Virus record (IMG/VR): IMGVR_UViG_3300009108_000751
Coordinates: 1 to 64,000 of that record
Length of the DNA stretch: 64,000 nt
Reading direction: 5' to 3' (one strand)
Under the pieces are notes generated by a model that did no database searches, was not told where the DNA came from, and worked only from the letters and a program-made list of their open reading frames with translations. Below are positions 45,789-56,326 of this stretch, piece by piece (position 1 is the first letter of the stretch; each line of letters begins with the position of its first letter). Made by a program: the position numbers and the translations under genes.

Positions 45789-47498
45789 ATGTTGATACTA
45801 GGATTGCCTTCATTCCATCATAGTGGATGGGGTCTTGTGAAAGACGGGGTACCCCTTCGAGCCGTCCAGGAGGAGCGCCTGAACAGAATTAAGCATTATC
45901 CTTACTATACAGATTTAATAAAGCACCCTATGTCTTTAGGGGTAGAATACCTGTTTAGAGGATTTGATTTCTCTGTTGCTGACTGTGACGCCGCGACGAT
46001 ACCAATGCTTCCTAGGGATAATAGTCTAAAGCATCTTGAAATGTATGTTGTTGACAGTGTGGACGAAGTTATAAATAGAAATCTTAAGGCGGACTATAAC
46101 CAGGTTCTTAAGTTTATCAAGTCTCAAGGCTTTAATGGAAAGATAGTTTTTGTAAATCACCAGCTTTCACATGCTGCATATGCATATAATCTTTCTGGTT
46201 ATGAGTCATGTGATATTCTTTCATATGATGGTGCAGGATGCGGCGATCCTCCAGAAGTGGTAGTAGCCTATCATGTTGATAATCACGAATATAAAAGAGT
46301 TTTTTCCTATCGGGTTCCTCACAGCTTAGGACATGTTTACAGTAATACCACTAATCGTATTTTTGGAGAGAGATCTGATGGATGTGAAGGTAAGGTGATG
46401 GGATTAGCACCGTATGGATCACCACGTCCAGAGCTAAAAATGCTCACGCACAATCCTGATGAAAACATGTACGTGTCAACGTATCAGAATACAACAAAAA
46501 TGCAGTATTCAGGTGTAGAGCCCCACGCGTCCATCTTTGGCCTGAGGCAGTCAAACATACCTCAGCGAGAAAGTAGGAAAAAATGGGATTTTGAAGATGC
46601 TGAAGATAATTTTTATGCAGACCTTGCAGCATCCGCACAGAACTCTGTCGAAGAAGCAGGGATTCATTATGTTAAAAGACTTAATTCCGAAACAGGGGAA
46701 GAAAATCTATGCCTCACAGGAGGGGTAGCTCTTAATAGCTGTCTAAACGGGCTTATAAGAAGAAACAATATATACTCTTCAACATTTGCTCCTCCAGCTT
46801 GTCATGACGGAGGTCATGGTCTTGGTGCCCCACTTTTCTACAGTAATTTTGTTTCACCCATAAAGTCTGAGCGCGTAAAAAGCGATTTCTTTGGTTATCC
46901 CTACACGACAGATGACTGTGTGGAAGCAGCAAATGAACTTGGCGCTTCTTTTGAGAGGTTTGATAATCTCGACAAGCTCGGTGAAGATATTGCACGAACA
47001 GTTGCAGATCAAAAAATTATTGCCATCTTTAATGAAGGATCGGAGTTCGGTCCAAGAGCGCTAGGACATCGAAGTATTGTTGTGGATCCTCGTACAGCAG
47101 AAATGAAAGATGTGCTCAATGCAAGAGTTAAGTTTAGAGAAGCTTATCGACCTTTTGCACCAATAGTTTTAAAAGATCATGCATTGGAATTTTTTGAATT
47201 CGATGAGTCTGACTTTATGCTTTTTGTAGCGAAGGGCACTGATCGAGCCAAGAAAGAAGTTCCTGCTGTTATTCACGTAGACGGAACAGCAAGAATGCAA
47301 ACTGTAACAGAGGAGAATCAGCCATTTCACAGTATGCTTTCTCACTTTAATAAGCTTACAGGAACTCCAGTTCTTCTAAATACTAGTTTCAATATTGCGG
47401 GCGAACCTATTGTTGAAACACCCCAGGATGCAATTAGGTGCTTCATGGGAACCTCTATTGATGTGCTTTACTTAAACTTGTTGAAAATAACCAAATAG
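45789..47498 (+). CDS. carbamoyltransferase (NodU/CmcH family)
   Basis: QEERLNRIKH, HQLSHAA, GKVMGLAPYG, GGVALN, DGG..LGA, EFGPRALGHRS, VHVDGTAR.Q, LNTSFN. Confidence 0.92.
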   Translation: MLILGLPSFHHSGWGLVKDGVPLRAVQEERLNRIKHYPYYTDLIKHPMSLGVEYLFRGFDFSVADCDAATIPMLPRDNSLKHLEMYVVDSVDEVINRNLKADYNQVLKFIKSQGFNGKIVFVNHQLSHAAYAYNLSGYESCDILSYDGAGCGDPPEVVVAYHVDNHEYKRVFSYRVPHSLGHVYSNTTNRIFGERSDGCEGKVMGLAPYGSPRPELKMLTHNPDENMYVSTYQNTTKMQYSGVEPHASIFGLRQSNIPQRESRKKWDFEDAEDNFYADLAASAQNSVEEAGIHYVKRLNSETGEENLCLTGGVALNSCLNGLIRRNNIYSSTFAPPACHDGGHGLGAPLFYSNFVSPIKSERVKSDFFGYPYTTDDCVEAANELGASFERFDNLDKLGEDIARTVADQKIIAIFNEGSEFGPRALGHRSIVVDPRTAEMKDVLNARVKFREAYRPFAPIVLKDHALEFFEFDESDFMLFVAKGTDRAKKEVPAVIHVDGTARMQTVTEENQPFHSMLSHFNKLTGTPVLLNTSFNIAGEPIVETPQDAIRCFMGTSIDVLYLNLLKITK

Positions 47499-47524
47499 GC
47501 ATTTGTAAAAGTGCTTCCCGTGCA

Positions 47525-48358
47525 ATGTTCAACATAGAAGGAAATTCAGGATGTGAGATCAGGGTTTTTAACAAAGCAGATCAGGCTTTTGTAAGAAAAA
47601 AATCGGCCGGCCCAGGCTACGACCAGCGCCTGCTGGCCCAAGCTGAAAAGCAGAAGAAGTTTAAAAAGTATTTGACTTCTTTAGAAAATATATGTGTACC
47701 TGATGTTGTCGAAGTCGGAGATGACAGCTTTGTCATGAGCTTCTTTCACGGGGATGACGCAGTAACCTTCCTGGATAATTGCAGTGTCCAGCAACTTGAT
47801 TCCCTTGTAGGCACGCTAACTAAATTTATCGAACACGAAATCAGCGCCTCTTCGGAATCTCTTTTCGATAAAGATATCTTTCTCGATAAGTTCCTGACGG
47901 TTGAAAAGAAAATCAACCATTCAGAATTAGATTTCGATAAGATCAGGTCTTACTTTGAGTCTCTTCCAGTTAAACCTATTCCAGCAGGAACTTGCCACGG
48001 AGACTTAACATTTTCAAATATCTTGTTTAGCAAGAGCGACAAAATATGTCTGATCGACTTTCTTGATACGTTTTATGAGACACCTTTGCAAGACATGGTA
48101 AAAATTCGACAAGATACGGTGTATAATTGGACTAAGCTAATGTGTAGCCAAAATCATGATGATACAAGGTATGGTATGGTAATGAGTTATTTAGACAGTA
48201 AACTTCATGCTTTTTTCAAGCAGTATGACTTTTATGATGTGTATTACAAGCCTTTCCAGATCATGAACCACTTGAGGATTCTTCCTTATGCCAAAAACCA
48301 GATAGTTAAAAATCATGTGACGACAAAATTGAAAGAAATGGTGGCAGCATGGACCTAA
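47525..48358 (+). CDS. APH/choline-kinase-like phosphotransferase
   Basis: CHGDLTFSNILF, CLIDFLD. Confidence 0.75.
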   Translation: MFNIEGNSGCEIRVFNKADQAFVRKKSAGPGYDQRLLAQAEKQKKFKKYLTSLENICVPDVVEVGDDSFVMSFFHGDDAVTFLDNCSVQQLDSLVGTLTKFIEHEISASSESLFDKDIFLDKFLTVEKKINHSELDFDKIRSYFESLPVKPIPAGTCHGDLTFSNILFSKSDKICLIDFLDTFYETPLQDMVKIRQDTVYNWTKLMCSQNHDDTRYGMVMSYLDSKLHAFFKQYDFYDVYYKPFQIMNHLRILPYAKNQIVKNHVTTKLKEMVAAWT

Positions 48359-49410
48359 TCATACCAGCAGCAGGAAAGTCTAGCAGATTTCCCAATATGA
48401 GGCCAAAGTGGCTGCTCACCCAGCCAGATGGTAAGCTAATGGTAATATCAGCAATTAGCGGCCTGGAATTAGATAAGTTTGCTAACATCTACTTGATTGT
48501 CTTGAAAGAGCATCTTGAGAAATATAATTGCGAAGCCGGAATTAAAAAGGCATTTGAAGAAGAGGGGCTGATTGAAAAGCTTAATCTAGTAGTTCTAGAA
48601 GAACCAACTTCCAGCCAGCCAGAAACAGTTTATCAAGCTCTAAAATCTGAAAACATAGAAGGCTCATTTTTCATTAAAGATTCTGACAATTATTTTCATA
48701 CTCCCATTGTTGATCAAAATTCTGTCTGCACTTTTAATTTACATGACATGGATAGCGTAAACCCAGGAAACAAAAGCTACATTTCAAAAAATGAAAAAGG
48801 CTTTGTAACAAATATTGTAGAAAAACAGATCATATCTTCGGAGTTTTGCTGCGGAGGTTATACCTTTAAAGATCCCAAAGATTTCATCGCAGCTTATGAA
48901 ATCTTAAAAGACAGTAAAAATCTCTATCTCTCCCATTTAATCTTTTACCTAATTCTAGAAGGCAGAGTATTTGTTAGCACATCGGCTAGAAATTATGTAG
49001 ACTGGGGTACCCTTAGGGAATGGAACGCATATAAAACAAGATTTGCAACGATTTTTCTTGACATAGATGGAGTGCTTGTAAAAAACTCAGGCAAATATTT
49101 TGAACCTCGATGGGGAGAGACAGAACCAATCACCCCTAATAAGAGTATTATTAATGAGCTTTACGATTCTGGGAATGTTGAAATAATTTTAACTACTTCA
49201 AGAGGTTATGAATTTGAAGATGCAACCAGGCACCAACTTGACCAAAATGGAATAAAATATCATCGATTAATAATGGGGCTTATGCACTGTAGAAGAATAA
49301 TAGTAAATGACTTTGCAGATTCAAATCCTTATCCGTCTTGTAGTGCAGTCAATATTAAAAGAAATGACAAAGATCATCTTCGAAAAATGATCGAGTCTAT
49401 TATGAATTAA
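48349..49410 (+). CDS. nucleotidyltransferase-HAD fusion
   Basis: IIPAAGKSSRF, KDSDN, DWGT; then IFLDIDGVL, LTTSR, MGL. Confidence 0.8.
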   Translation: MDLIIPAAGKSSRFPNMRPKWLLTQPDGKLMVISAISGLELDKFANIYLIVLKEHLEKYNCEAGIKKAFEEEGLIEKLNLVVLEEPTSSQPETVYQALKSENIEGSFFIKDSDNYFHTPIVDQNSVCTFNLHDMDSVNPGNKSYISKNEKGFVTNIVEKQIISSEFCCGGYTFKDPKDFIAAYEILKDSKNLYLSHLIFYLILEGRVFVSTSARNYVDWGTLREWNAYKTRFATIFLDIDGVLVKNSGKYFEPRWGETEPITPNKSIINELYDSGNVEIILTTSRGYEFEDATRHQLDQNGIKYHRLIMGLMHCRRIIVNDFADSNPYPSCSAVNIKRNDKDHLRKMIESIMN

Positions 49411-49421
49411 GAGAGGTGTGC

Positions 49422-50213
49422 ATGAGTGTGAAACTCGGAGTCGCAATATCAGTTTATAATAAGGGCGCATTTGTTGCCACTAATCTCAATGTATTTGAGA
49501 ATGTCTGGAAAGATGTGAATCCTTATGTGGCAGTATCTTGCAATGATCCTGAAACTTTTCAAAAACTTTCTAGCTTAAAAATTGACAAACTCGTAGAAGG
49601 TCTAGATATACCTGTAAGAGGCAAGAATGATCTAAGGCTAAGGCAGTATGATACGATCAAAAAATCAGTTTCGGCTGCCGCCGAAAATTCTGACTATTTG
49701 ATTCATTGGCACGGAGATGCATTCGCGCTCGATCCTGCCCCCATACTAGAGATAGTCAGACACATGCAGGAAAACAACTTGCTTTTTTCTGGCAGGGGAT
49801 TTTGGAAGGATTGCACTAATCCGAAAATTCCTGACGGGGATATCGATGATCATTTCTTTATTTTGAATTCAGAGCACGTGAGAGAGTCCGGGCTATATAA
49901 TGACGATGACCAGATAGAATATGTTTCTAGGCTAACAATGCAAGGACTGTGCTCAGAGGGAATACTTTCGCACTTAATTCAAAAAGCTGTTCCCAAAGAC
50001 AAAGTATTCATATATTCGGATATGAGCGAGTGTGAAGTTTTACCATCTAAAAGAAGAGATTCGAGATACAAAGATAATATTGCTCACCGAACCTTACCCC
50101 CTGTCAATCTGGACCCCAATCGTAAATTTTTACACTGTGATGATATGAATCATCTAGAGAGAATATTTTCTGAGCTAGGAATAGACACAGATCTTATCGT
50201 GAAACAATTTTAG
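49422..50213 (+). CDS. GT-A-like hypothetical protein
   Basis: VAISVYNK, IHWHGDA. Confidence 0.5.
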   Translation: MSVKLGVAISVYNKGAFVATNLNVFENVWKDVNPYVAVSCNDPETFQKLSSLKIDKLVEGLDIPVRGKNDLRLRQYDTIKKSVSAAAENSDYLIHWHGDAFALDPAPILEIVRHMQENNLLFSGRGFWKDCTNPKIPDGDIDDHFFILNSEHVRESGLYNDDDQIEYVSRLTMQGLCSEGILSHLIQKAVPKDKVFIYSDMSECEVLPSKRRDSRYKDNIAHRTLPPVNLDPNRKFLHCDDMNHLERIFSELGIDTDLIVKQF

Positions 50214-50242
50214 AAAAAACAAATCGAAAGAGAGAAATTTAA

Positions 50243-50923
50243 ATGTTCAACCAGCAACTAGCATATCAAATGTACGGGGTTACGAATGAAACTGATCTTC
50301 GGATGAAGCTCTACGGAACCAGAACAGACTTGTCACAGGGTGAAGTTGATGCCATCACAGAGTGCTTAGGAGAGTTTGATTCTCCTCGCTACTGTGAGAT
50401 AGGAGTTTATTTCGGAGGAAACTTCAAGATAATCAATGAGTGGCTGAGAGAAAATAAAGATGAATTCCACATGTACGGTGTCGACTTATTCGAAGATCTC
50501 CAAAGTGAAATCCAGCAAGGGCAGACACATGATCTTTATAATAAGTGGAATATTCTCAATGTAGCATTTTGCAAAGAGCTTGAAAATGCTCTCCAGAATC
50601 TAGGGTGCAAAGATTTCACGCTTCACAAAGGAAGATCTGAGAATGAAACCAAAGTTCTTCCTGAAAAATGTGATGTTTTTTTCATCGATGGAAATCACAC
50701 TTATGCACAAACGCTAGCCGACGCAGAAGCATGCCTTGAGAATTGCAAAGAAGGATCTTACCTGATTTTTCATAATGCATCTGACAATATTCAACCAGAC
50801 CCACAGTATGTTGCAATCGATGGGGGTCCATGGGCAGTATGCGAGCTTTTAAAATCTAGAGAAAATTTAACATACAAGAAAATTATTGATCGTTGTGCAA
50901 TTATAAGGGTAGAAAATGTCTAG
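50243..50923 (+). CDS. class I SAM methyltransferase (Methyltransf_24-like)
   Basis: YCEIGVYFGG, DVFFIDGNHTY. Confidence 0.78.
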   Translation: MFNQQLAYQMYGVTNETDLRMKLYGTRTDLSQGEVDAITECLGEFDSPRYCEIGVYFGGNFKIINEWLRENKDEFHMYGVDLFEDLQSEIQQGQTHDLYNKWNILNVAFCKELENALQNLGCKDFTLHKGRSENETKVLPEKCDVFFIDGNHTYAQTLADAEACLENCKEGSYLIFHNASDNIQPDPQYVAIDGGPWAVCELLKSRENLTYKKIIDRCAIIRVENV

Positions 50924-51692
50924 CATAGAGGTTACTTTACATGTAACATCTTACAATAGGCCTCACCGACTAAAGTCCTGCATTGATTCATTTTTTAAAT
51001 CATCCACTTATGACATGTCTAAACTGGAAATGATCATAGTGGACAATGGGTCTACAGACAAAAATGTCATAGAATACATTAAGAATCTAGACCCGCCGTG
51101 CCAAAAATACTCTTATGTACTGAACCCTAAAAATGACTACCCAAGCTGCCTAAGGTATGCCAAGATCCAGGCTAGAGAGATAGCTCTTGGAAATATTTTT
51201 ATAGATTGCCCTGATGATCACCTGTTTGTTGTTCGATCTAACTGGCTTGAGACCTGCATTGATCACCTGGAAAAAGATAAGACAGCTGGATGCACTGTTC
51301 ATTTTGCGCAACCTGGCTATCGATTTTTAAAACAAAACAATAAGATGACAAAAAACGAAAAGAGCGAAAAATTCTTCAGGTCGCACTTAAAAGGGTATGC
51401 AGACTACCACGTTATGAAAAAAGATGTTTATGAGAAGCTAGGGCCCTACGCCCATACTCTTGGTAGAAAAGCTGAAGATGAATACATGGTAAGAGCCCTG
51501 GAAAACGGGTATTTTAGAAATCTCATAAAATTCCCAGTAGCAATAGTAAATGATGACCTTTATGAAAGCGTTGATGTCGTAGATCAAAAAGATTATGAGG
51601 AAATTTTCAAGGACCTAGAGATACCTGTTTCAAATGAGCAGCTAACAGAGCTGGGTCTTCGCCTAGGCGCAATTCAAGGGATGAAAAAATGA
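50916..51692 (+). CDS. GT2 family glycosyltransferase
   Basis: VTSYNRP, IIVDNGSTD, DCPDD. Confidence 0.75.
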   Translation: MSSIEVTLHVTSYNRPHRLKSCIDSFFKSSTYDMSKLEMIIVDNGSTDKNVIEYIKNLDPPCQKYSYVLNPKNDYPSCLRYAKIQAREIALGNIFIDCPDDHLFVVRSNWLETCIDHLEKDKTAGCTVHFAQPGYRFLKQNNKMTKNEKSEKFFRSHLKGYADYHVMKKDVYEKLGPYAHTLGRKAEDEYMVRALENGYFRNLIKFPVAIVNDDLYESVDVVDQKDYEEIFKDLEIPVSNEQLTELGLRLGAIQGMKK

Positions 51693-52801
51693 AACTAGCT
51701 TTCATTATCGATAAGACGCAAACATTCCAAGCAGTTGCAGGCGCCTTATATGAAGCCCTCGCCCGTGGCCACGAATGCTCTTTGTTTTGTAATTTCTCTG
51801 TAAGCGATTTAGGTGTGATTTTAAATGCCACCCCTAAGATAACTGATTTTCCAAACCTTAAGTGGATCCAGCACCCTGATAAAGACTGGCTTATCCAAAA
51901 TCTTGCATCTGGAAGAAAAGAATATGACGCTGTCATTGGAATAAATCTTTTCAACAAAGGCTGGAAAAGATTATATGAAAATGACCAGATGAAAAACTAT
52001 AGCCTTGAGTATTGCTGGAATGAAATCTACAACCAGGTAAATCCCTTCAATAGCAAAACAGTCTTGCTATGCAATACTGATACCTCTAAACAGATAATTG
52101 AAGATCTGTCATCTTATTCTTTCTTGGAATCTAATGGAAGCCCGTGGCTAGAGTTTCTGTCCAGGTTTTCCCAGGATGGCTCGGAGAATAGAAGAATAAC
52201 TTTCCTAGCCCCCCACAACAGTCTATACATTAGACATGACAGACTAGGGAAAAGCGTAGAGTCAATCTTATCTAGGCTGAGATCATGGTGTGATGAAAAT
52301 AGATTTGAGCTAATATTGAAATCAAGGGCAAAATATAGTCACAACTTCAAGAATTCGGTTAGATTTGACCGTGTTGTAAGTGACAGTGATGCATCAAGTC
52401 ACATCGCCTTGTACTCTAGCTCGAGCGCCGCGATACATTTTTGCTCGTCAGCGATTAATGAGCTTTCTTTTCTAGAGACGCCTTATTTGGCGCTTGCGCC
52501 CGATTTCCAAAAGCAGCTTCATCCCGACAGGATCCATCACCCCGGCATACAGAGAATTCATCAGGCTTACTATAGCGGGGACATATTCGATGGAATTCAC
52601 TGCGATGGTTTAAGTTCTAATGAGATGGATTCTGAGTTAATCACTAAAAAGCTTGAGAAATTACTCCACTCTAAAAAAGACTGGAAAAGCTTTCAGCAGT
52701 CTCACTTCCCAGGAAAACACCAGGGTGCATCAAGCCGAATAATGGATCGAATAGAGGAAGACCATGTCAAACTTAAGCAGTCTTCAAGTAACAACAAATA
52801 A
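51689..52801 (+). CDS. GT-B-like hypothetical protein
   Basis: Two Rossmann-like halves; LILKSR, HFCSSAINE..F..TP, GASSRI. Confidence 0.45.
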   Translation: MKLAFIIDKTQTFQAVAGALYEALARGHECSLFCNFSVSDLGVILNATPKITDFPNLKWIQHPDKDWLIQNLASGRKEYDAVIGINLFNKGWKRLYENDQMKNYSLEYCWNEIYNQVNPFNSKTVLLCNTDTSKQIIEDLSSYSFLESNGSPWLEFLSRFSQDGSENRRITFLAPHNSLYIRHDRLGKSVESILSRLRSWCDENRFELILKSRAKYSHNFKNSVRFDRVVSDSDASSHIALYSSSSAAIHFCSSAINELSFLETPYLALAPDFQKQLHPDRIHHPGIQRIHQAYYSGDIFDGIHCDGLSSNEMDSELITKKLEKLLHSKKDWKSFQQSHFPGKHQGASSRIMDRIEEDHVKLKQSSSNNK

Positions 52802-53753
52802 TCTTTTAAACTGGGTTTTTCAAGACAAAGATGGCGTCATTAAGGATAAGCCTGGCTTTGTATTTGATATGTTCGCTGATCACTTGGAGTCGACGTATGA
52901 AGCGTGGGATATCGCGGGTCCAACTCGAGTAATCGAATTATGCGAACTTGATCAAAAAGATTATTCAGATCCTGACATAGATTTCATTTTGCAAATACAG
53001 GCTGAGATAGCTAAGAGCGAAATCTTTGCAGCCTTTCTGGTCCACGGAAGCTGTGCCGACCTCAGGATGATCCCTGGGTGGAGTGATTTTGACTCTATTG
53101 GAATCCTGAAGCATGAGTCTCTTTCAAGGCCTAGCAGAGTAAAGACATTCAATACTTGTCAAAAGATTGATCACATGATGAGGTCTCTGGATCCGTACCA
53201 GCACCACGGAATTCATTTCATACATGAAAAAGAGCTAAGGTCATTTCCTGATCTTTATCTTCCGGTTGAATTACTTAAAGATTCAAAATGCCTACTAGGA
53301 AACAAATCTATTAGCATAGAAAAAGCGGTCTCAAGATCCCAGGAGATAGCTAGATTTCTAGGAATAGTAAAGACGCTGTCTTCTGCTGCAACATCTGGGA
53401 TCTTAAAACATCACGCCAAAAATGGAAGATATCTCTTAGAGAACTATAAAGATCCGGAGACAATGTACCAGCTCAAGTACCTCATGTGTGTTGTCATGCT
53501 TTTACCCACACTGTGGCTAAACCTTCGAGGAAACTATTGCCGAAAGTCAGAATCTTATGAGTTAATAAGGCGGCACTTCACAGAAGAAGATCTTGAGTTT
53601 TTGGAGGCTTGTTCTTCCGTAAGATTCGGGTGGAAGAAAAGCTATCACATCGGCAATGTTATACCCGAACAGATAAAGAAAGCTCTAGGAATTAACTACC
53701 TCACAAGAGCTGCCAAATTTGCTAAGCTTCTGGAGAGCAGCCTTGACACTTGA
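52764..53753 (+). CDS. nucleotidyltransferase-fold protein
   Basis: VHGSCAD...PGWSDFDSI, HHG. Confidence 0.55.
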   Translation: MSNLSSLQVTTNNLLNWVFQDKDGVIKDKPGFVFDMFADHLESTYEAWDIAGPTRVIELCELDQKDYSDPDIDFILQIQAEIAKSEIFAAFLVHGSCADLRMIPGWSDFDSIGILKHESLSRPSRVKTFNTCQKIDHMMRSLDPYQHHGIHFIHEKELRSFPDLYLPVELLKDSKCLLGNKSISIEKAVSRSQEIARFLGIVKTLSSAATSGILKHHAKNGRYLLENYKDPETMYQLKYLMCVVMLLPTLWLNLRGNYCRKSESYELIRRHFTEEDLEFLEACSSVRFGWKKSYHIGNVIPEQIKKALGINYLTRAAKFAKLLESSLDT

Positions 53754-54609
53754 GGGAAAAACATATGAAGATTACCAGGATGTAATTCGAAAATTCTGTA
53801 GTGATAATCCTGAGCTTACTATCTACTTGGCGGGTGAGATAAGTCATCCCGGAATATCTGATCTTGACTTCGTGGTAGTGGATGATTTTCCTGTTGTTTC
53901 TTCTGATGTAGAAGAGTTTCTAATGGGCGGTAATGTGATTGTCATGCCTAAAGATTGCATGTCTAGAATTACTATGATTGAGAACTTCAATTTAAACCTT
54001 GTTCAAGGGGAAAAAACTGATCTTGTTAGAAGTAATAGCGATCACTTTAAGATTGTAGAAATTCTGGAATGGCTTCCTGAAAGAATATTGCTTTTGGAAA
54101 GCCTCGATATTGAATCACTTTCTCCTCACCAAATACTTCTTTATTTAAAGTCTGCAGACAGATCCATTAAAAACGTAGAATCAATAACGGGAAAAGAATT
54201 TGTTCGTGTTTCGACAGATAATCTACGAAGCAATTTCAAAGTTATTAATCTGCAGCAAGTACTAAAATCTTACTTAGCAGCCTGTGAAGCTGCATGGGAA
54301 GAATTTTCTTCTTTTTGCAAGGTGCTTGAATCCTCAATCATTGGAAATGCAAAGATCTCAAGCTATTATAAGTTTGATCACAATCGTTTTCCAATACTCT
54401 TAAGCTATCTAAATCAACTAGCCGCGGAAGAATCAAAGCTAGCAGTAAAACTCAGAGAAAGAATGTCGATCGATAAGTTTGAATGTAAATTTGATCAAGA
54501 TTTTTTACAATTCATAAGAAAGAGATTTTCTTTGATTGGCGAAGTGTATGACTTCCATGTTTCTAAAGGAAGTAAAAGCGGGATGATAAAGTATGGCTGG
54601 CTCCTCTGA
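53743..54609 (+). CDS. nucleotidyltransferase-fold protein
   Basis: YLAGEISHPGISDLDFVVV; probable TTG start 53743. Confidence 0.55.
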   Translation: MTLEGKTYEDYQDVIRKFCSDNPELTIYLAGEISHPGISDLDFVVVDDFPVVSSDVEEFLMGGNVIVMPKDCMSRITMIENFNLNLVQGEKTDLVRSNSDHFKIVEILEWLPERILLLESLDIESLSPHQILLYLKSADRSIKNVESITGKEFVRVSTDNLRSNFKVINLQQVLKSYLAACEAAWEEFSSFCKVLESSIIGNAKISSYYKFDHNRFPILLSYLNQLAAEESKLAVKLRERMSIDKFECKFDQDFLQFIRKRFSLIGEVYDFHVSKGSKSGMIKYGWLL

Positions 54610-55753
54610 ATCAGGAAAAGTATTAGTCGTTCACTGTATTGATACTGAGGGTCCAATCGGTGGTGATGTTAGGCGTCGACCTGACGGATCTAAAGAGTTT
54701 ATGGATAACTGGGGCGACATTAAGTCGTCTCTCCGAGAGATAACATGCCCAGAGTTTAGAGAAAAGCACATTGACTCAGAGGGAAATCCATACGTTTATA
54801 ACTGGTTCATCATGGACTTTATGGGCTTTAAGACTAATCCAAAGAACAGGGTTCAAGAATTTCATGACACATATGATAACATAAAGTTGCTAAATACTTC
54901 ACATGATTTTTTCCATTGGCACTACCATCAACCTCCAAAAACAGGGATCGGTGACCAGTGGAGTCCTGACTGGGATGAGTCTGATATCCACTATGAGATT
55001 CTCGGGCGCAGAGCTTTAGAGAGGAATGACTTTCCTGAGGTTTATCGCGCCGGAGGAACGATCGAAGACAACAAGTGCTCTCATTGGCTTGAAGATCACT
55101 TTATGCTTGACTATTCCAATCGTGTGTCACATAGGTCTACTCCTACTACGAACATCTTTGACTTTAACTGGTTCGGCGCCCCGTCGCACTGGGGATACTA
55201 TCACCCAAGTGAAGATGATCTAACTCAGCCTGGAAAGATGAAGAGAATGATTGCTCGATCTGTGGATCTTGAGTCTAGGTTGCACCGACTAGAGCAGTGG
55301 CAGGTGGATGAAGCATTTTCTTATGCAAAGCAGTTCGACCAGCCAGTACTTCTCTCGTATTTCAGTCACGACCATCGAGACATGAGACCTGAGACTTATC
55401 GGGCGATTCAAATGATCGAGAAAGCTGCTGCTAAGTTTAATGTGCCTTTCTCATATTGTGATGCCAAAGCTGCCTTGCAGCATATCGCAAAGATCCAGCC
55501 TGAGAAAGTAGAGGTCAATATCAGACAATACCCAGAAGAAATAGCTTTTTCTTTCTCTTCCCGACCCTACCAGAAAAAGGCTTTTATTTTCGCTCTCACA
55601 TCGTCGAATAAGTTCGAGCATATTGAGGGGGCGGTACACAAAGAAGGAAACTCTTGGTCTTGTTCGGTTCCCCTGAAGCCAGATTACAAATCCATCGCCA
55701 CCGCCGGTCACTCGCGGTCTGGTGATAAGTTTGTGAAAGTGGTAGAGCTTTGA
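54593..55753 (+). CDS. possible polysaccharide deacetylase-like (NodB fold) protein
   Basis: HCIDTEG, WHYH, YRAGG, SHDH; assignment tentative. Confidence 0.45.
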   Translation: MAGSSESGKVLVVHCIDTEGPIGGDVRRRPDGSKEFMDNWGDIKSSLREITCPEFREKHIDSEGNPYVYNWFIMDFMGFKTNPKNRVQEFHDTYDNIKLLNTSHDFFHWHYHQPPKTGIGDQWSPDWDESDIHYEILGRRALERNDFPEVYRAGGTIEDNKCSHWLEDHFMLDYSNRVSHRSTPTTNIFDFNWFGAPSHWGYYHPSEDDLTQPGKMKRMIARSVDLESRLHRLEQWQVDEAFSYAKQFDQPVLLSYFSHDHRDMRPETYRAIQMIEKAAAKFNVPFSYCDAKAALQHIAKIQPEKVEVNIRQYPEEIAFSFSSRPYQKKAFIFALTSSNKFEHIEGAVHKEGNSWSCSVPLKPDYKSIATAGHSRSGDKFVKVVEL

Positions 55754-56325
55754 GAATATTGACTGTCATTCCAGCTCGAGGAGGAAGCAAGCGCCTTCAT
55801 AGAAAGAACATCTATCCTATTCTCGGACGGCCCCTCATGAGCTATGCGATCGAAGCTTGCAAAGGAAGTCAGTACCTGGATGATCAAAACATATACGTCT
55901 CGACTGAGGATGAAGAAATTGCAGGAGTTGCTATTCAATATGGTGCAAAAGTAATCGATCGACCTGACGAGCTATCCGAAGATCACGTCTGGACACAAGA
56001 TGTACTCTCACACGCCCTAGAATGGTCCGAGAGACAAACGGGAGATGAGTTTGATGTGTTGGTAAGAGTGCAAGCAAACTCTCCCCAGATAACATCTGAG
56101 AAGATCGATGAGTGCATAAAAAAGCTACAAGATCATGATCTTTGGGAAGTTTTCACTGTTGATGAGGAAGGAATCGAGGACGCCGCAGTACATGTCATGC
56201 TAAGAAGATGCGTAAATCAAAAAGCACTGTCAGTGTATAAAGGTGTAGTTATAACTGATTACATAGATGTTCACACAATAGATGACGTAAGGGTCATTGA
56301 GGATAAGATGATGAGAAAGCTATAA
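55750..56325 (+). CDS. neuA: acylneuraminate cytidylyltransferase (CMP-NulO synthetase)
   Basis: VIPARGGSKRL..KNI, VSTED, IDRP.EL, IDVHT.DD. Confidence 0.88.
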   Translation: MRILTVIPARGGSKRLHRKNIYPILGRPLMSYAIEACKGSQYLDDQNIYVSTEDEEIAGVAIQYGAKVIDRPDELSEDHVWTQDVLSHALEWSERQTGDEFDVLVRVQANSPQITSEKIDECIKKLQDHDLWEVFTVDEEGIEDAAVHVMLRRCVNQKALSVYKGVVITDYIDVHTIDDVRVIEDKMMRKL

Positions 56326-56326
56326 G

